Below are positions 37,084 to 47,641 of a stretch of 64,000 nt of DNA, piece after piece; the first letter of the stretch is position 1, and every line of letters starts with the position of its first letter. Source of the stretch: Candidatus Binatia bacterium (GTDB lineage Bacteria; Desulfobacterota; Binatia; UBA9968; JAJDTQ01); assembly GCA_963666515.2 (NCBI GenBank), contig OY762897.2:2400001-2464000 (forward strand). Reading direction: 5' to 3'. The translations under genes were made by a program, and so were the position numbers. The notes under the pieces were generated by a model. It did no database searches. It saw only the letters and a list, made by a program, of their open reading frames with translations, and was not told where the DNA came from.

Positions 37084-37159
37084 CGAAACCGGCACGAGTT
37101 CACCGTAAGTCTTCGGAAACACCGCAGTGATGCAATGAACTCGAATACACCCCAAGACC

Positions 37160-38407
37160 ATGCTGGACAGTCTGCTTAAGAAGGTGGAAGCGCGCACCGG
37201 CTACTTCGGCGCCTACGGAGGGGCGTTCACGCCGGAGATCCTGCGCACGACACTGGACGAACTGATCGCCGCCTTCGACGACGCGCGCAGGGACCCGTCC
37301 TTCTGGGAAGAGTTCCGGACGGTGATGCAGACCTACTCGTGCCGCCCGACTCCCGTCACGCACCTCAAGAACCTGAGCGAAATTCTTGGAGGCCCCGCCA
37401 TCTACATGAAGCGGGAAGACCTCAACCAGACCGGCTCGCACAAGATCAACAACGTCATGGGCCAGGGGCTGCTGGTGGCGCGCATGGGCAAGAAGCGGGT
37501 CATCGCCGAGACCGGCGCCGGGCAGCACGGCGTCGCCACCGCCACCATGGCAGCGCGGCTGGGGCTCAAGTGCACCATCTACATGGGCGCGGTGGACGTG
37601 GAGCGGCAACGGCCCAACGTCTTCTGGATGGAACGGCTCGGGGCCGAGGTGGTGTCGGTCGAGGACGGTTCGGCCACGCTGAAGGACGCCATCAACCAGT
37701 GCCTGCGGGACTGGGCATTCTCCATGGACGACACCCACTACGTGCTGGGAACCGCCTGCGGGCCGCACCCGTTCCCGCAGATGGTAGCGTGGTTCCAGCA
37801 GATCATCGGGCAGGAATGCCGCGAGCAGATGACGGCGGCCACCGGCCGGTTGCCGGACCGGGTGTACTGTTGCGTGGGCGGCGGCTCCAACGCCACCGGC
37901 ACGTTCCTGGGTTTCCTCGACGACGAGGAGGTGGAGCTGGTGGGGATGGAGGCCGGCGGCGAAGGGATCGAGACCGGCCGCCACGCCGCGCGGCTGGCGG
38001 GCTCGGACGGCAGTCCGGGCGTGGCCCAGGGGTACAAGACCTACTTCCTCCAGGACGAGGAAGGCCAGATGCGCCACACACACTCGGTGGCCGCCGGTCT
38101 GGACTACATCGGGGTGAGCCCGATCCTGGCCTGTCTGAAGGAGAGCGGACGGGTGCGGTTCGAGACCGCCACCGACGGCGAAGTGCTGGAAGCGTTCCAG
38201 ACCCTGCTGCGCCGGGAAGGCATCATCGCGGCGCTGGAAAGCGCCCACGCCGTGGCCGGCGCCATCCGCGAAGCCCCGCGCATGGGCCGGAACCGTAACG
38301 TGCTGATCACCCTTTCCGGCCGCGGCGACAAGGACATCTTCACCATCGCCGAGGCGTTGAACGACCCCGGCTGGCAGCGGTTCCTCGAACGGAAAGCCGC
38401 CCGTTGA
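37160..38407 (+). CDS. trpB: Tryptophan synthase beta chain
   Basis: GYFGAYGG, KREDLNQTGSHKINN, AETGAGQHG, CVGGGSNA, HSVAAGLDY, ALESAHA, LSGRGDKD. Confidence 0.96.
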   Translation: MLDSLLKKVEARTGYFGAYGGAFTPEILRTTLDELIAAFDDARRDPSFWEEFRTVMQTYSCRPTPVTHLKNLSEILGGPAIYMKREDLNQTGSHKINNVMGQGLLVARMGKKRVIAETGAGQHGVATATMAARLGLKCTIYMGAVDVERQRPNVFWMERLGAEVVSVEDGSATLKDAINQCLRDWAFSMDDTHYVLGTACGPHPFPQMVAWFQQIIGQECREQMTAATGRLPDRVYCCVGGGSNATGTFLGFLDDEEVELVGMEAGGEGIETGRHAARLAGSDGSPGVAQGYKTYFLQDEEGQMRHTHSVAAGLDYIGVSPILACLKESGRVRFETATDGEVLEAFQTLLRREGIIAALESAHAVAGAIREAPRMGRNRNVLITLSGRGDKDIFTIAEALNDPGWQRFLERKAAR

Positions 38408-39180
38408 ACCTCCGGACCTACATTCAGGGCCGCCTCGGCGTGCGGAAGATCCTGCTGATGACCCACGTCATCGTGGGCTATCCGTCGCTGGACGCGAACT
38501 GGCGGATGCTGGAACGGATGGAGCGCGCGGACGTGGACCTGGTGGAGCTGCAGATGCCCTTCAGCGAGCCCATCGCCGACGGGCCGGTGTTCGCCCGGGC
38601 CAACCAGGAGGCGCTCAAGCAGGGTCTTTCCATCGAGCAGTACTTCGACTTCATGGCGCGCGCCACCGAGCGGTTCGGGTTCCCCCACCTGATGATGGGA
38701 TACTACAACACCGTGTTCCGGCTCACCCACCGCACCTTCTGCGAGCGGCTGAGCGCGGCCGGAGGTGCAGGATTCATCGTCCCCGACCTTCCCATCGAGG
38801 AATACCACGACCTCTTTCCGTTGAGCGAGGCGCACGGGTTGACGCCGGTGGCCCTGTTCACGCCCACGAACACCGATGCCCGGCTGGCCGAGATTGGGCG
38901 CCACGGCCGCGGCTTCGTCTACGGCGTGGCGCGACGCGGGGTCACCGGCAAGCGCACCGACCTCAAGGCCGGCATCGACGCGATGGTCGCCCGCTACCGC
39001 GCGGCCACGGACGTGCCCCTGGCCCTGGGCTTCGGCATCGCCGGCGGCGGCGACGTGCGGCAACTCCACGGGAGCTGCGAGATCGCCATCGTGGGGTCGG
39101 CGCTGCTGGAACGTTGGGAGAGCGGCGGCGAGGCCGGGTACACGGAATTTCTCCAGGAGTTGCAGGAGGCGCGTAGCTGA
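38404..39180 (+). CDS. trpA: Tryptophan synthase alpha chain
   Basis: GYPS, ELQMPFSEPIADGPV, MGYYN, IVPDLP.EE, RRGVTG, LGFGI, IVGSA. Confidence 0.95.
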   Translation: MNLRTYIQGRLGVRKILLMTHVIVGYPSLDANWRMLERMERADVDLVELQMPFSEPIADGPVFARANQEALKQGLSIEQYFDFMARATERFGFPHLMMGYYNTVFRLTHRTFCERLSAAGGAGFIVPDLPIEEYHDLFPLSEAHGLTPVALFTPTNTDARLAEIGRHGRGFVYGVARRGVTGKRTDLKAGIDAMVARYRAATDVPLALGFGIAGGGDVRQLHGSCEIAIVGSALLERWESGGEAGYTEFLQELQEARS

Positions 39181-39190
39181 GACGCAGGGT

Positions 39191-39233
39191 CCTTCGACTT
39201 CGCTACGCTACGCTCAGGACGAACGGAAAATGG
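39191..39233. repeat. REP-like element, family B
   Basis: CCTTCGACTTCGCTACGCTACGCTCAGGACGAACGGAAAATGG. Confidence 0.75.
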
Positions 39234-39275
39234 CTGGAGCTTCCCAGGAAATCCCACACCGAGGGGATTACGAGC

Positions 39276-40226
39276 ATGAAAGCGGTCTACATCCCTGAAA
39301 CGGGCGGCCCGGAGGTCCTGACCTACGGCGATTTCCCGGAGCCCGAAATCGGCGGCGGCGATCTGCTGGTCCGGGTCAAGGCCGCGGCGCTCAACCGCCG
39401 GGACCTGTTCGCCCGCGAGGGCAGCCACGGCGTCAAGCCGCCCCTGCCGCACGTTCCTGGCCTGGAGGTGGCGGGCGAGGTGGTGGAGGCCGGAGCCGAG
39501 ACCACCGGTTTCAAGGCCGGCGACCGGGTGCTGGGACGCTGCCGGGGCGGCGGTTACGCGGAGCTGGTGCGGATGGAAGCCGCCGACGCCTACCTCTTCC
39601 CGGAATGGATGTCGTTCGAGGAGGCCGCGTGCATCGCCGTGCCCTTCGGCACCGCCTGGCGCATGCTGGTGGTCCGGGCGAAAGTCAAGGCCGGCGAGGA
39701 CGTCCTGGTCATGGCCGCGGGCAGCGGCATCGGCAGCGGCGCGATCCAGCTTTGCAAGCTGCTGGGCGCACGGGTGATCACCACCGCAAGCTCGCAGTGG
39801 AAGCTCGACAAGGCCGCGGAGCTGGGCGCCGACGACGGCATCAACTACAAGGAGTTCCCGGAGTTCAGCCGGAAGGTTCGCGAACTGACGGGCGGCGAGG
39901 GCGTGCACGTGATCTTCGAGCACGTGGGCGCTCCGGTGTGGCGGGAATGCTTCGCCAGCCTCCGGCGGGGCGGCCGTTTCATCAACTCCGGGGTGACCGC
40001 GGGCCACCGGGTGGAGCTTCACCTGGGCCAGCTCTGGACCCGCGAACTGACCCTCATGGGCACCACCATGCGCCCGCGCGAGGACATGCCCGAGATCATG
40101 AAGCTGGTGGGCGGACGCAAGCTGCGCGGCGTCCTGTCCGAGGCGCTGCCGCTACGCGAGGCCGCGCGCGCCCACGAACTGATGGAGCGGAGCGAGTTCT
40201 TCGGCAAGATCGTGCTGGTGCCGTAG
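39276..40226 (+). CDS. MDR-family NAD(P)H:quinone oxidoreductase / zinc-binding dehydrogenase
   Basis: GGPEVL, ALNRRD, PGLEVAGEV, GGYAE, AAGSGIG, FGKIVL. Confidence 0.9.
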   Translation: MKAVYIPETGGPEVLTYGDFPEPEIGGGDLLVRVKAAALNRRDLFAREGSHGVKPPLPHVPGLEVAGEVVEAGAETTGFKAGDRVLGRCRGGGYAELVRMEAADAYLFPEWMSFEEAACIAVPFGTAWRMLVVRAKVKAGEDVLVMAAGSGIGSGAIQLCKLLGARVITTASSQWKLDKAAELGADDGINYKEFPEFSRKVRELTGGEGVHVIFEHVGAPVWRECFASLRRGGRFINSGVTAGHRVELHLGQLWTRELTLMGTTMRPREDMPEIMKLVGGRKLRGVLSEALPLREAARAHELMERSEFFGKIVLVP

Positions 40227-40243
40227 AGCAGGTGCGAACGATC

Positions 40244-41191
40244 ATGCGGTTCGGGATCATCGGGACCGGCGGGGTCGGGGGTTACTTCGGCGGTTTGCTG
40301 GCGCGGGCGGGGTTGCCGGTTTGTTTCATCGCCAGGGGCCGCCACCTGCAATCGCTGAGGGAGCACGGCCTCGCCGTGGACTCGGTGGAGCCGGGCAGTT
40401 TCAGCGTCCGGGACGCGCTGTTCACCGACGACGCGGCCGAGGCCGGGCCGTGCGACGTGATCCTCTACTGCGTCAAGACACCGGCCAACGACGAAGCGAT
40501 CCCCTTCATGCGGCCGATGATCGGCCCCGACACCGTGGTCATTTCGCTCCAGAACGGCGTCGACAACGGCGAGCTGCTGGCGCGCGAGTTCGGCGAGAAC
40601 CGGGTCATGGAGGGAGCCGCCTACGTCTTCAGCACCATCGCGGCGCCGGGGACGATCCACCAGACCGCCGGGCCGCGGCGGATCGTGTTCGGCCGCCTGG
40701 GCGGGGGAAGCAGCCCCAGGGGCGATGAGCTCGTGGCCGTCATGCGTGAGGCCCAGGTCGACGCGCGACTCTCCCAGGATATCCGCATCGAGCTGTGGAA
40801 CAAGTTCATCCTGATCTGCGCGGTAAGCGGCATGACCGCGCTGACGCGGCGGCCCCTCGGCGAGATCCTCGGCTACGACGGCACCGCGCGGATGGCCCGG
40901 GAGGTGATGCGGGAGGTCTTCCAACTGGCCCTGGCCATGGGCGTTCCGCTGGAGCCCGATTCCGACGCCGCCAACTACCGCTTCATGGCCCAGCAGGACC
41001 CCTCGGGCAAGGGGAGCATGTGCCACGACGTGGAGGCCGGACGGCGCCTGGAGATCGACTCGCTGTGCGGCTACGTATCGCGCATGGGCCGGGTCCACGG
41101 CGTGGCCACGCCGCTCAACGACTATCTCTACGACACTCTCAAGCTGGAGGACCTGCAGGCCGCGCACCGGCTCAGGGAAACACCATCGTGA
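40244..41191 (+). CDS. panE: 2-dehydropantoate 2-reductase
   Basis: IIGTGGVGGYFGG, CVK, SLQNGV, WNKF, SMCHDVEAGRRLEIDSLCG, TPLN. Confidence 0.9.
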   Translation: MRFGIIGTGGVGGYFGGLLARAGLPVCFIARGRHLQSLREHGLAVDSVEPGSFSVRDALFTDDAAEAGPCDVILYCVKTPANDEAIPFMRPMIGPDTVVISLQNGVDNGELLAREFGENRVMEGAAYVFSTIAAPGTIHQTAGPRRIVFGRLGGGSSPRGDELVAVMREAQVDARLSQDIRIELWNKFILICAVSGMTALTRRPLGEILGYDGTARMAREVMREVFQLALAMGVPLEPDSDAANYRFMAQQDPSGKGSMCHDVEAGRRLEIDSLCGYVSRMGRVHGVATPLNDYLYDTLKLEDLQAAHRLRETPS

Positions 41192-41919
41192 GCGCCGTGC
41201 GCCAGCACATGGAGAAGATCGCCGTCGACCGCGGCATGCAAGTGTCCGCCGTGGTGGCGGAGCCCGCGGAATACCGGGCCGGCGAAACCGACGTCATCGT
41301 CCTCGCCCACGGCGCCGGCACGGACATGCACCACCCGTTCATGACCTTCTTCCACGAGTCGCTGGCCCGCGCGGGCTGGCTCTCGGTGAAGTTCAACTTC
41401 CCCTACAAGGAACTGGGCCGTAAGGCCCCGGACCCCGCCGCGCGGCTGGAGGACGCCTACGAGCGCGTGCTGAAGCACGTGCGCGCGACCCTGCGCCCGG
41501 CGCCGGGGCGGCTCTTCATCGGCGGCAAGTCCATGGGCGGCCGCATCGCCGCCAACGTCGCCGCCAGGGACGCCGACACAGGGCTGCACGGCCTCGCGGG
41601 CCTCGTCTTCCTCGGCTACCCGCTCCACGCCCCCAAACGCCACGACCGGCTCCGGGCCGACAACTTGATGAACATCACCGCCCCCATGCTGTTCGTGGAA
41701 GGCACCAACGACCCCTTCTGCCGCCTCGACCTGCTGGACGAGGTGCTGGAGCGGGTGCAGGCGCGGACCCGGACCCACATCATCGAGGGCGGCAACCACG
41801 ACTTCCGCGTCCCCAAGCGGCTGGGCCGCGAGGCCGAAGATGTCTGGCGGGAAGTGGTGGAAGCCATCTGCAGGTGGCGCCCCTTGGCATCCGGCAGAAA
41901 CGCGGAGGGCCCGTCATGA
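41188..41919 (+). CDS. Alpha/beta hydrolase (KANL3/Tex30-like)
   Basis: LAHGAG..M, FNFPY, GGKSMGGR, LGYPLH, GTNDPF, GGNHDF. Confidence 0.88.
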   Translation: MSAVRQHMEKIAVDRGMQVSAVVAEPAEYRAGETDVIVLAHGAGTDMHHPFMTFFHESLARAGWLSVKFNFPYKELGRKAPDPAARLEDAYERVLKHVRATLRPAPGRLFIGGKSMGGRIAANVAARDADTGLHGLAGLVFLGYPLHAPKRHDRLRADNLMNITAPMLFVEGTNDPFCRLDLLDEVLERVQARTRTHIIEGGNHDFRVPKRLGREAEDVWREVVEAICRWRPLASGRNAEGPS

Positions 41920-42072
41920 GCCCCACATGAGCCCTGCCGACGATCTCATCCGAAGCCGTTGAGGGGCCGCAAGTTTTTGAAATATATGTCGAAGTCACAG
42001 CTTGCTTGACACAGGTTTCAAATCGGCTACATGTAGAGACCATACCCGGACGGAGATCGAAAGGAGGCGACG

Positions 42073-43128
42073 ATGTCCTCTAGGCCGCAGCTTCAATGCG
42101 AAGACAACTTGCAGTTCATGAGGCGGCTGCCGGAGGGAAGGTTCAAGCTTATCGTTACGTCGCCGCCCTACAACTTGGGAAAGTCCTATGAGAGCAAGGC
42201 TTCCGTGGATTCGTACCTCTCGCATCAAAGGCAGGTCATCGGCGAGTGCGTACGACTGCTGCATTCGCAAGGCTCCATCTGCTGGCAGGTCGGCAACTAC
42301 GTAGAGAACGGGGAAATCATCCCGCTTGACGCGCTTCTCTATCCGATCTTTCGTTCGCACGGCTTGAAACTCCGTAACCGCATCGTCTGGCACTTCGGCC
42401 ACGGCTTGCACTGCACAAGGCGACTCTCGGGTCGCTACGAGACGATCAACTGGTGGACGAAGGGAGACGATTACACGTGGCACCTGGACCCGATCCGAGT
42501 CCCTGCGAAGTACCCCGGCAAGCGGCACTTCAAGGGGCCGAACGCGGGCAAGCTGTCGGGCAATCCTTTGGGGAAGAACCCAAGCGATGTGTGGACGTTT
42601 CCCAACGTCAAGAACAACCACCCCGAGAAGACGATCCATCCGTGCCAATTTCCCGTAGAGCTTGTGGAACGGCTGGTGCTATCCATGACGGATGAAGGCG
42701 ATTGGGTTCTGGATCCGTACATGGGCGTTGGGTCGTCGATCGTGGCGGCCTTGATGCACGGCAGGGAAGCTTACGGCTGCGACATCCTTGACGACTACGT
42801 CCGAATCGCCCAGGAACGGGTCGCCGCGCTGAAAGCTGGGACCCTTCGCACCCGGGAGATGGGGAAACCCATTTACGACCCGGCTTTACCTAACGGTGGG
42901 CATGATGCGAATCGGCGCACGCTTCTCACACCTCAACGGAGAGGAATACCTGCTCGTTCATCGTCCCGAGCTGTGGCAGGAGGTGCTGGACGTAATAGCG
43001 GAGGTGGACGCGGAAGCCTGCAAGAACAAGGTGTCCCGCGAGAAGACGATGCCAGGCAGGCTACTCTATTCCCCTGTGGACCTGAACACGGCGTTCAAGG
43101 ACGGCTTGACGGTCAGAGGGTGGAGTGA
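42073..43128 (+). CDS. Beta-class N4-cytosine DNA methyltransferase (M.BglII-like); frame extends into the next gene
   Basis: IVTSPPYN, CWQVGN, LRNRIVW, GKNPSDVW, HPCQFP, VLDPYMGVGS; the conserved-looking part ends near 42903. Confidence 0.9.
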   Translation: MSSRPQLQCEDNLQFMRRLPEGRFKLIVTSPPYNLGKSYESKASVDSYLSHQRQVIGECVRLLHSQGSICWQVGNYVENGEIIPLDALLYPIFRSHGLKLRNRIVWHFGHGLHCTRRLSGRYETINWWTKGDDYTWHLDPIRVPAKYPGKRHFKGPNAGKLSGNPLGKNPSDVWTFPNVKNNHPEKTIHPCQFPVELVERLVLSMTDEGDWVLDPYMGVGSSIVAALMHGREAYGCDILDDYVRIAQERVAALKAGTLRTREMGKPIYDPALPNGGHDANRRTLLTPQRRGIPARSSSRAVAGGAGRNSGGGRGSLQEQGVPREDDARQATLFPCGPEHGVQGRLDGQRVE

Positions 43129-43516
43129 GAGACGCAGCACCTTCTGGGTCACAAGCGACGAAAAATTGTTGCGCAGGCTTCACGGCTTACCTGAAGATGA
43201 GCAGAGGAAGATCATCGAAGACGCTGGACAGACGCCGATCATGTCGTACAACCAAACGGACTTCGTCAAGGAACGGATCGCGGTTGAAGTCCAGTTCGGC
43301 AAATACTCGTTCGTGGCCCACGACCTGTTCGTCAAGCATCTGAGCTTCTTCGTGGCCGACATCATCGACGTAGGAGTCGAGATACTGCCCATGAAAGAAC
43401 TCGAGAAAGAAATGTCAAGCGGCGTCCCGTACTACGAGCGGGACCTGCTCAACGTAATCCGGCAGGGGCGCGGCGTCCCTGCCGTGCCGCTAGTTCTTGT
43501 CGGAGTCCTCCCGTAG
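42905..43516 (+). CDS. BglII/BstYI family type II restriction endonuclease
   Basis: SHLNGEEYL, KVSREKT, NQTDFVKERIAVEVQFGKY (ExQ motif of BglII/BstYI), IDVGVEILPMK, MSSGV.YYE. Confidence 0.9.
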   Translation: MRIGARFSHLNGEEYLLVHRPELWQEVLDVIAEVDAEACKNKVSREKTMPGRLLYSPVDLNTAFKDGLTVRGWSERRSTFWVTSDEKLLRRLHGLPEDEQRKIIEDAGQTPIMSYNQTDFVKERIAVEVQFGKYSFVAHDLFVKHLSFFVADIIDVGVEILPMKELEKEMSSGVPYYERDLLNVIRQGRGVPAVPLVLVGVLP

Positions 43517-43550
43517 GGAGAGGACTGTCCTGGGAAGTCCCAGGTACGGC

Positions 43551-44177
43551 CTACTGCGCGGCCTCCTTCTGGCGGGCCGTGTTGGTGACCACGGGCTCTA
43601 CCGGCACGTCGCCGTGGGGGCCGCGGTTGCCGGTCTTCACGGCGGCGATCTTGTCCACCACGTCCATGCCCTCGACGACGCGGCCGAACACCGCGTAGCC
43701 GAAGTCCCGGCTGCCGTGGTCGAGGAACGCGTTGTCCTTCAAGTTGATGAAGAACTGGGAGGTGGCGCTGTTGATGTCCGAGGTGCGCGCCATGGACAGC
43801 GTGCCCCGGAGGTTCCTGACGCCGTTGTCGGCCTCGTTCTTGATGGGCGCCCGGGTCGGCTTCTGGTTCATGTCCGCGGTGAAGCCGCCGCCCTGGATCA
43901 CGAATCCGGGGATCACCCGATGAAAGATGGTGCCGTCAAAGAATCCGGCATCGACGTAATCGAGAAAGTTCTTCGCCGTGACCGGCGCTTCCTCGGAAAG
44001 AAGCTCGATCGTGATATCGCCCATCGACGTGGAAAAAATCACCACAGGCCTGTCTCCTCCCGCTGCTGTTGGGCCGAACGCCGCAGCGCCCAGCAACAAA
44101 ATGACTGCCGCCACCAGGCACTTGAGTGCCCCGACATGCTGTTTCAAGAAGTACCTCCTGACTATATTTCCATTCAT
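43551..44177 (-). CDS. ppiA: Cyclophilin-type peptidyl-prolyl isomerase, exported
   Basis: [48 protein letters not shown]. Confidence 0.93.
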   Translation of the reverse strand: MNGNIVRRYFLKQHVGALKCLVAAVILLLGAAAFGPTAAGGDRPVVIFSTSMGDITIELLSEEAPVTAKNFLDYVDAGFFDGTIFHRVIPGFVIQGGGFTADMNQKPTRAPIKNEADNGVRNLRGTLSMARTSDINSATSQFFINLKDNAFLDHGSRDFGYAVFGRVVEGMDVVDKIAAVKTGNRGPHGDVPVEPVVTNTARQKEAAQ

Positions 44178-44998
44178 GAGTCACCCGCCGCGTCCCGGTC
44201 CGCGGCGATGCGGTCGAGTATCCAGTCCACCACCCGCGGCTTGCCGAGTATGACATCGAAACGGCGGTCGCGAAGTTCCCTGCCTTCCCTCTGGAAGCAC
44301 ACGTAGCGGCCGCCTGCCTCCTCCATCAGCACCTTGCTGGCCATGGTATCCCAGAGCCGAAGGTCGAAGTCCACCATGGCCCCGACCGAACCCTGGAGCG
44401 CCAGCGCGTGGCCGAAGCAGTCGGTGTAGGTGCGCACCGCGGGATGCGTCCGCATCAACGCGTCGAAGACCTCCGTCCGTCCGGCGCTGACGAACTGCTG
44501 CCGGTCGCCGATGCCGATGATCTCCTTGTCCAGGGCCTCGTCCTCGCGCAGGTCCTCAAGAGCGAGGACCCTGTCGTTGCAACGGGCGCCGAGACCCCTC
44601 GCCGCGCTGTACGTCCTGTCCAGGCCCGGCAGGTCGATGATCCCCAAGACCGGCTCGTCGCCGTCGAGCAGCGCCAGCAGCGTGCCGTACAGGGGCACTC
44701 CGTGCCGGAAGCTCCTGGTGCCGTCGATGGGATCGACGACCCAGGTGAGCCCGCGGCCGCCTTCGGTGTCGGGCAGCTCCTCGCCGATGACGCGATGGGC
44801 CGGGAAGCGCGCCGACAGCAGCGTCCGCGCCTTCTCCTCCACCGCGATGTCGACGTCGGTGACGAAGGTCCCGTCGGCCTTGGAACGGTGGGTGAAGCCC
44901 GTCTCCAGCGCGGCCTCGATCACGGCCCGGGTCTCCCGGACGATGTCGCAGGCATCGGACAGCATTTCCCGCAGCACCGCCGCCGGCATGCCACTCAC
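44174..44998 (-). CDS. Inositol monophosphatase family (HisN-like)
   Basis: [26 protein letters not shown]....LMEEAGG; GTG at 44998 after GAGGAG. Confidence 0.85.
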   Translation of the reverse strand: MSGMPAAVLREMLSDACDIVRETRAVIEAALETGFTHRSKADGTFVTDVDIAVEEKARTLLSARFPAHRVIGEELPDTEGGRGLTWVVDPIDGTRSFRHGVPLYGTLLALLDGDEPVLGIIDLPGLDRTYSAARGLGARCNDRVLALEDLREDEALDKEIIGIGDRQQFVSAGRTEVFDALMRTHPAVRTYTDCFGHALALQGSVGAMVDFDLRLWDTMASKVLMEEAGGRYVCFQREGRELRDRRFDVILGKPRVVDWILDRIAADRDAAGDS

Positions 44999-45234
44999 CG
45001 GCCGCTCCTCTCGACGCTCTTGACCGTGGCCTCGCGCACGGCGTTGTCGCTGTCCGTCATGCCGTCTCCAAAGACGGCCTCCTCGGTGCCCATCGGCGGA
45101 GTATACACGTTGCCTCGAATGCAGGGAAACACGACGGTTTCGGGACGGGCCGCGTCGGGCACGGTGGACGGGCGGCGGCGCCGCTGTTACGGTTACCAAC
45201 GGCAATCCGGGCAGCCGGCCACAGGGAGGCCTCC

Positions 45235-45993
45235 ATGGACCACAAGATATTCGCCATGACCGTCGGCATCGCCGAGAACTGGCGCCCCTCGGGCATCATG
45301 CCGTGCATCCGCAGCGACGCCGAGCGGGACGAGCCGGTGCCCTACATCATCTGGTGCATCGAGACCCCGGACGGCCCGGTGGTGGTGGATACGGCCTACC
45401 ATCCCGACTACGTCGCCGCGGAGTGGGCTCAGGGGAACCAGTTCAGGGAGCCTGCGCAACTGCTGGGGGAACTGGGAATGCGCCCGGAGGACGTGGCCAC
45501 GGTCATCGTCACCCACTTCCACGTGGACCACTTCACCGGCTTTGACTTCTTCCCCAAGGCGAACTTCGTCATCCAGAAAGACGAGTACGAGTTCTGGACC
45601 GGGCCGATGATGCGTTTCGACTATCTGAACAACCTGATCCGGCCCAAGGTGCGGCCGGCGCTGCAGCAACTGGTGGAAGGCGAACGGGTCACCCTGGTGG
45701 AAGGCGACCACGAGCTGGTCCCCGGGGTGGAGCTGCTGAAGGCCGGCGGCCACACCCCCGGGTCCCAGATGGTGGCGGTGGAGACGGCCCGGGGCAAGGC
45801 GGTGCTGTGCGGCGACATCGCCTACACCTACCGGAACCTGCGCGAGCGCATTCCCGTGGGCTGGTACTTCAACCTGCCGGACTCGGTGGTGGCGCTGGAC
45901 CGGGCGCTCGCGACAGCGTCCAGCCCCGATCTGTCGTTCCCCAACCACGACCCCGAGATCATGCAAGGCAAGCGGGTGATCCGGGTGGCTTGA
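45235..45993 (+). CDS. Metallo-beta-lactamase fold hydrolase (N-acyl homoserine lactonase family)
   Basis: VVDTA, THFHVDH, GGHTPGSQ, CGD, PNHD. Confidence 0.85.
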   Translation: MDHKIFAMTVGIAENWRPSGIMPCIRSDAERDEPVPYIIWCIETPDGPVVVDTAYHPDYVAAEWAQGNQFREPAQLLGELGMRPEDVATVIVTHFHVDHFTGFDFFPKANFVIQKDEYEFWTGPMMRFDYLNNLIRPKVRPALQQLVEGERVTLVEGDHELVPGVELLKAGGHTPGSQMVAVETARGKAVLCGDIAYTYRNLRERIPVGWYFNLPDSVVALDRALATASSPDLSFPNHDPEIMQGKRVIRVA

Positions 45994-46001
45994 GGGAACG
46001 G

Positions 46002-46478
46002 GTGACCGCCTCTATCACGGAGCCCTGCCGAATCGGCGTCATCTCGGACACCCACGGGCTGGTGCGTCCCCAGGCCCTGCAGGCGTTGCGGGGCTCGGAC
46101 CTGATCATCCATGCCGGCGACGTGGGCAAGCCCGAGGTGCTGGAGCAGCTCCTCTCGCTGGCGCCGGTAGCCGCGGTCCGGGGCAACATCGACCGGGGAA
46201 CCTGGGCCGACGACCTGCCGGACGAACGAACCGTCGAGGTGTGCGGCGCCCGTATCCACGTGGTCCACAACCTGGCGACCCTGGCCTCGGAACCGGAAGG
46301 CTGCCGCATGGTGATCAGCGGCCACTCCCACAGGCCGTCCGTCCAGCGGCGCGACGGCATCGTCTACCTGAACCCCGGCAGCGCCGGCCCGCGGCGCTTC
46401 ACGCTGCCGGTGGCGGTGGCGACCGTCCGGTTGAGCAGGCGAAGCCTGCGACCGAAACTGGTGGAGCTGACGGTCTGA
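46002..46478 (+). CDS. YfcE-family metallophosphoesterase
   Basis: ISDTHG, IHAGD, VRGNID, SGHSH, NPGSAG. Confidence 0.9.
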   Translation: MTASITEPCRIGVISDTHGLVRPQALQALRGSDLIIHAGDVGKPEVLEQLLSLAPVAAVRGNIDRGTWADDLPDERTVEVCGARIHVVHNLATLASEPEGCRMVISGHSHRPSVQRRDGIVYLNPGSAGPRRFTLPVAVATVRLSRRSLRPKLVELTV

Positions 46479-46532
46479 CGCGTCCGCCGGCATCGGTTGA
46501 CGGACCCGGCACAGGACGCGGGGAGACGACTC

Positions 46533-47318
46533 ATGGACCTTGAGGACGCGCTGACAACGGCGCGAGAGGCGGCACATCAGGCCGGAGAAAAGCTCCTCTC
46601 TTACTACACGTCGCAATACACCATCCAGCACAAGAGCGGGGGAAACCCTGTCACCACCGCCGACATCGAGGCCAACCACGTGCTGCGGGACGCCCTGCTC
46701 GACGCGTTCCCTGAATCCGGCTGGCTGTCGGAGGAATCATCCGACGACGGCGAACGGCTGCAGCGGGAGTGGGTGTGGATCGTGGACCCGCTGGACGGGA
46801 CCGTGGAGTTCATCAGAGGTATCGATGAGTTCGCCGTGTCCGTGGCGCTGGTGCAGGGCTCGACGCCGGTGGTGGCGGTCACCTACAACCCGGCCACCGG
46901 GTGCATGACCCATTGCCGGCGCGGCTCGGGAACCTTCCGGAACGGGCAGCCGGTGCGCGTGTCGGACCGCGCCGAACTGGACGGCGCCACGGTGGTGGCC
47001 AGCAGGAGCGAGACTCGAAGGGGCCTGTTCGACAGCTTCGAGGACACTCTGGAGATCAAGCCCACCGGCAGCATCGCCCACAAGCTGGCCGAGGTAGCCG
47101 GCGGATGCGCCGACCTGACCGTGAGCCTGGCGCCGAAGAACGAGTGGGACGTGTGCGCGGGGGTGCTGCTGGCGGAGGAAGCGGGCGCCAAGGTCACCGA
47201 CCTGGACGGGCGGCCTTTCGTCTTCAATCAGCCCGACACGCTACGCAACGGCGTCATCGCGGCCAACCCATCGCTCTATCCCGAATTGTTCCGCTTCGTG
47301 GCCGACCGCCGGCGCTAG
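46533..47318 (+). CDS. cysQ: 3'(2'),5'-bisphosphate nucleotidase
   Basis: K...NPVTTAD, WLSEE, WIVDPLDGT.EF, ASRSE, EWDVCAG...EEAGA. Confidence 0.82.
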   Translation: MDLEDALTTAREAAHQAGEKLLSYYTSQYTIQHKSGGNPVTTADIEANHVLRDALLDAFPESGWLSEESSDDGERLQREWVWIVDPLDGTVEFIRGIDEFAVSVALVQGSTPVVAVTYNPATGCMTHCRRGSGTFRNGQPVRVSDRAELDGATVVASRSETRRGLFDSFEDTLEIKPTGSIAHKLAEVAGGCADLTVSLAPKNEWDVCAGVLLAEEAGAKVTDLDGRPFVFNQPDTLRNGVIAANPSLYPELFRFVADRRR

Positions 47319-47364
47319 GAGCCTGTCCGAGTAGTCGAATTTCAGGGGGCGACCGCGGTTCGCC

Positions 47365-47628
47365 CTAGCCGTCGCCTTCAGGGTCGCTTTCTTCAGGGTC
47401 GGTGACTTCCCGCAGAAGCTCCAGGGCCTCCTCGGCTTCTTCTTCCGGCACCTGGATCACCGCGGCCACGCCAGCCGAGCCGAAGCCGCCCCACAGCGGC
47501 CCCACCGGCAGCAGCGTCAGCGCCGATTCGCCCTGGACCACGTAGTTGATGCCCGCGCTGTCCAGCACGGACTTGACCACGGCCAGGGTGGAGACGTCCA
47601 CCGTCCGAAACACGTCCACGTAAGTCAC
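47365..47628 (-). CDS. DUF2007-like putative signal-transducing protein
   Basis: VVKSVLDSAGINYVVQGE...IQVPEEEAEEALELL. Confidence 0.75.
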   Translation of the reverse strand: MTYVDVFRTVDVSTLAVVKSVLDSAGINYVVQGESALTLLPVGPLWGGFGSAGVAAVIQVPEEEAEEALELLREVTDPEESDPEGDG

Positions 47629-47641
47629 GGCTTGTCGCCAT

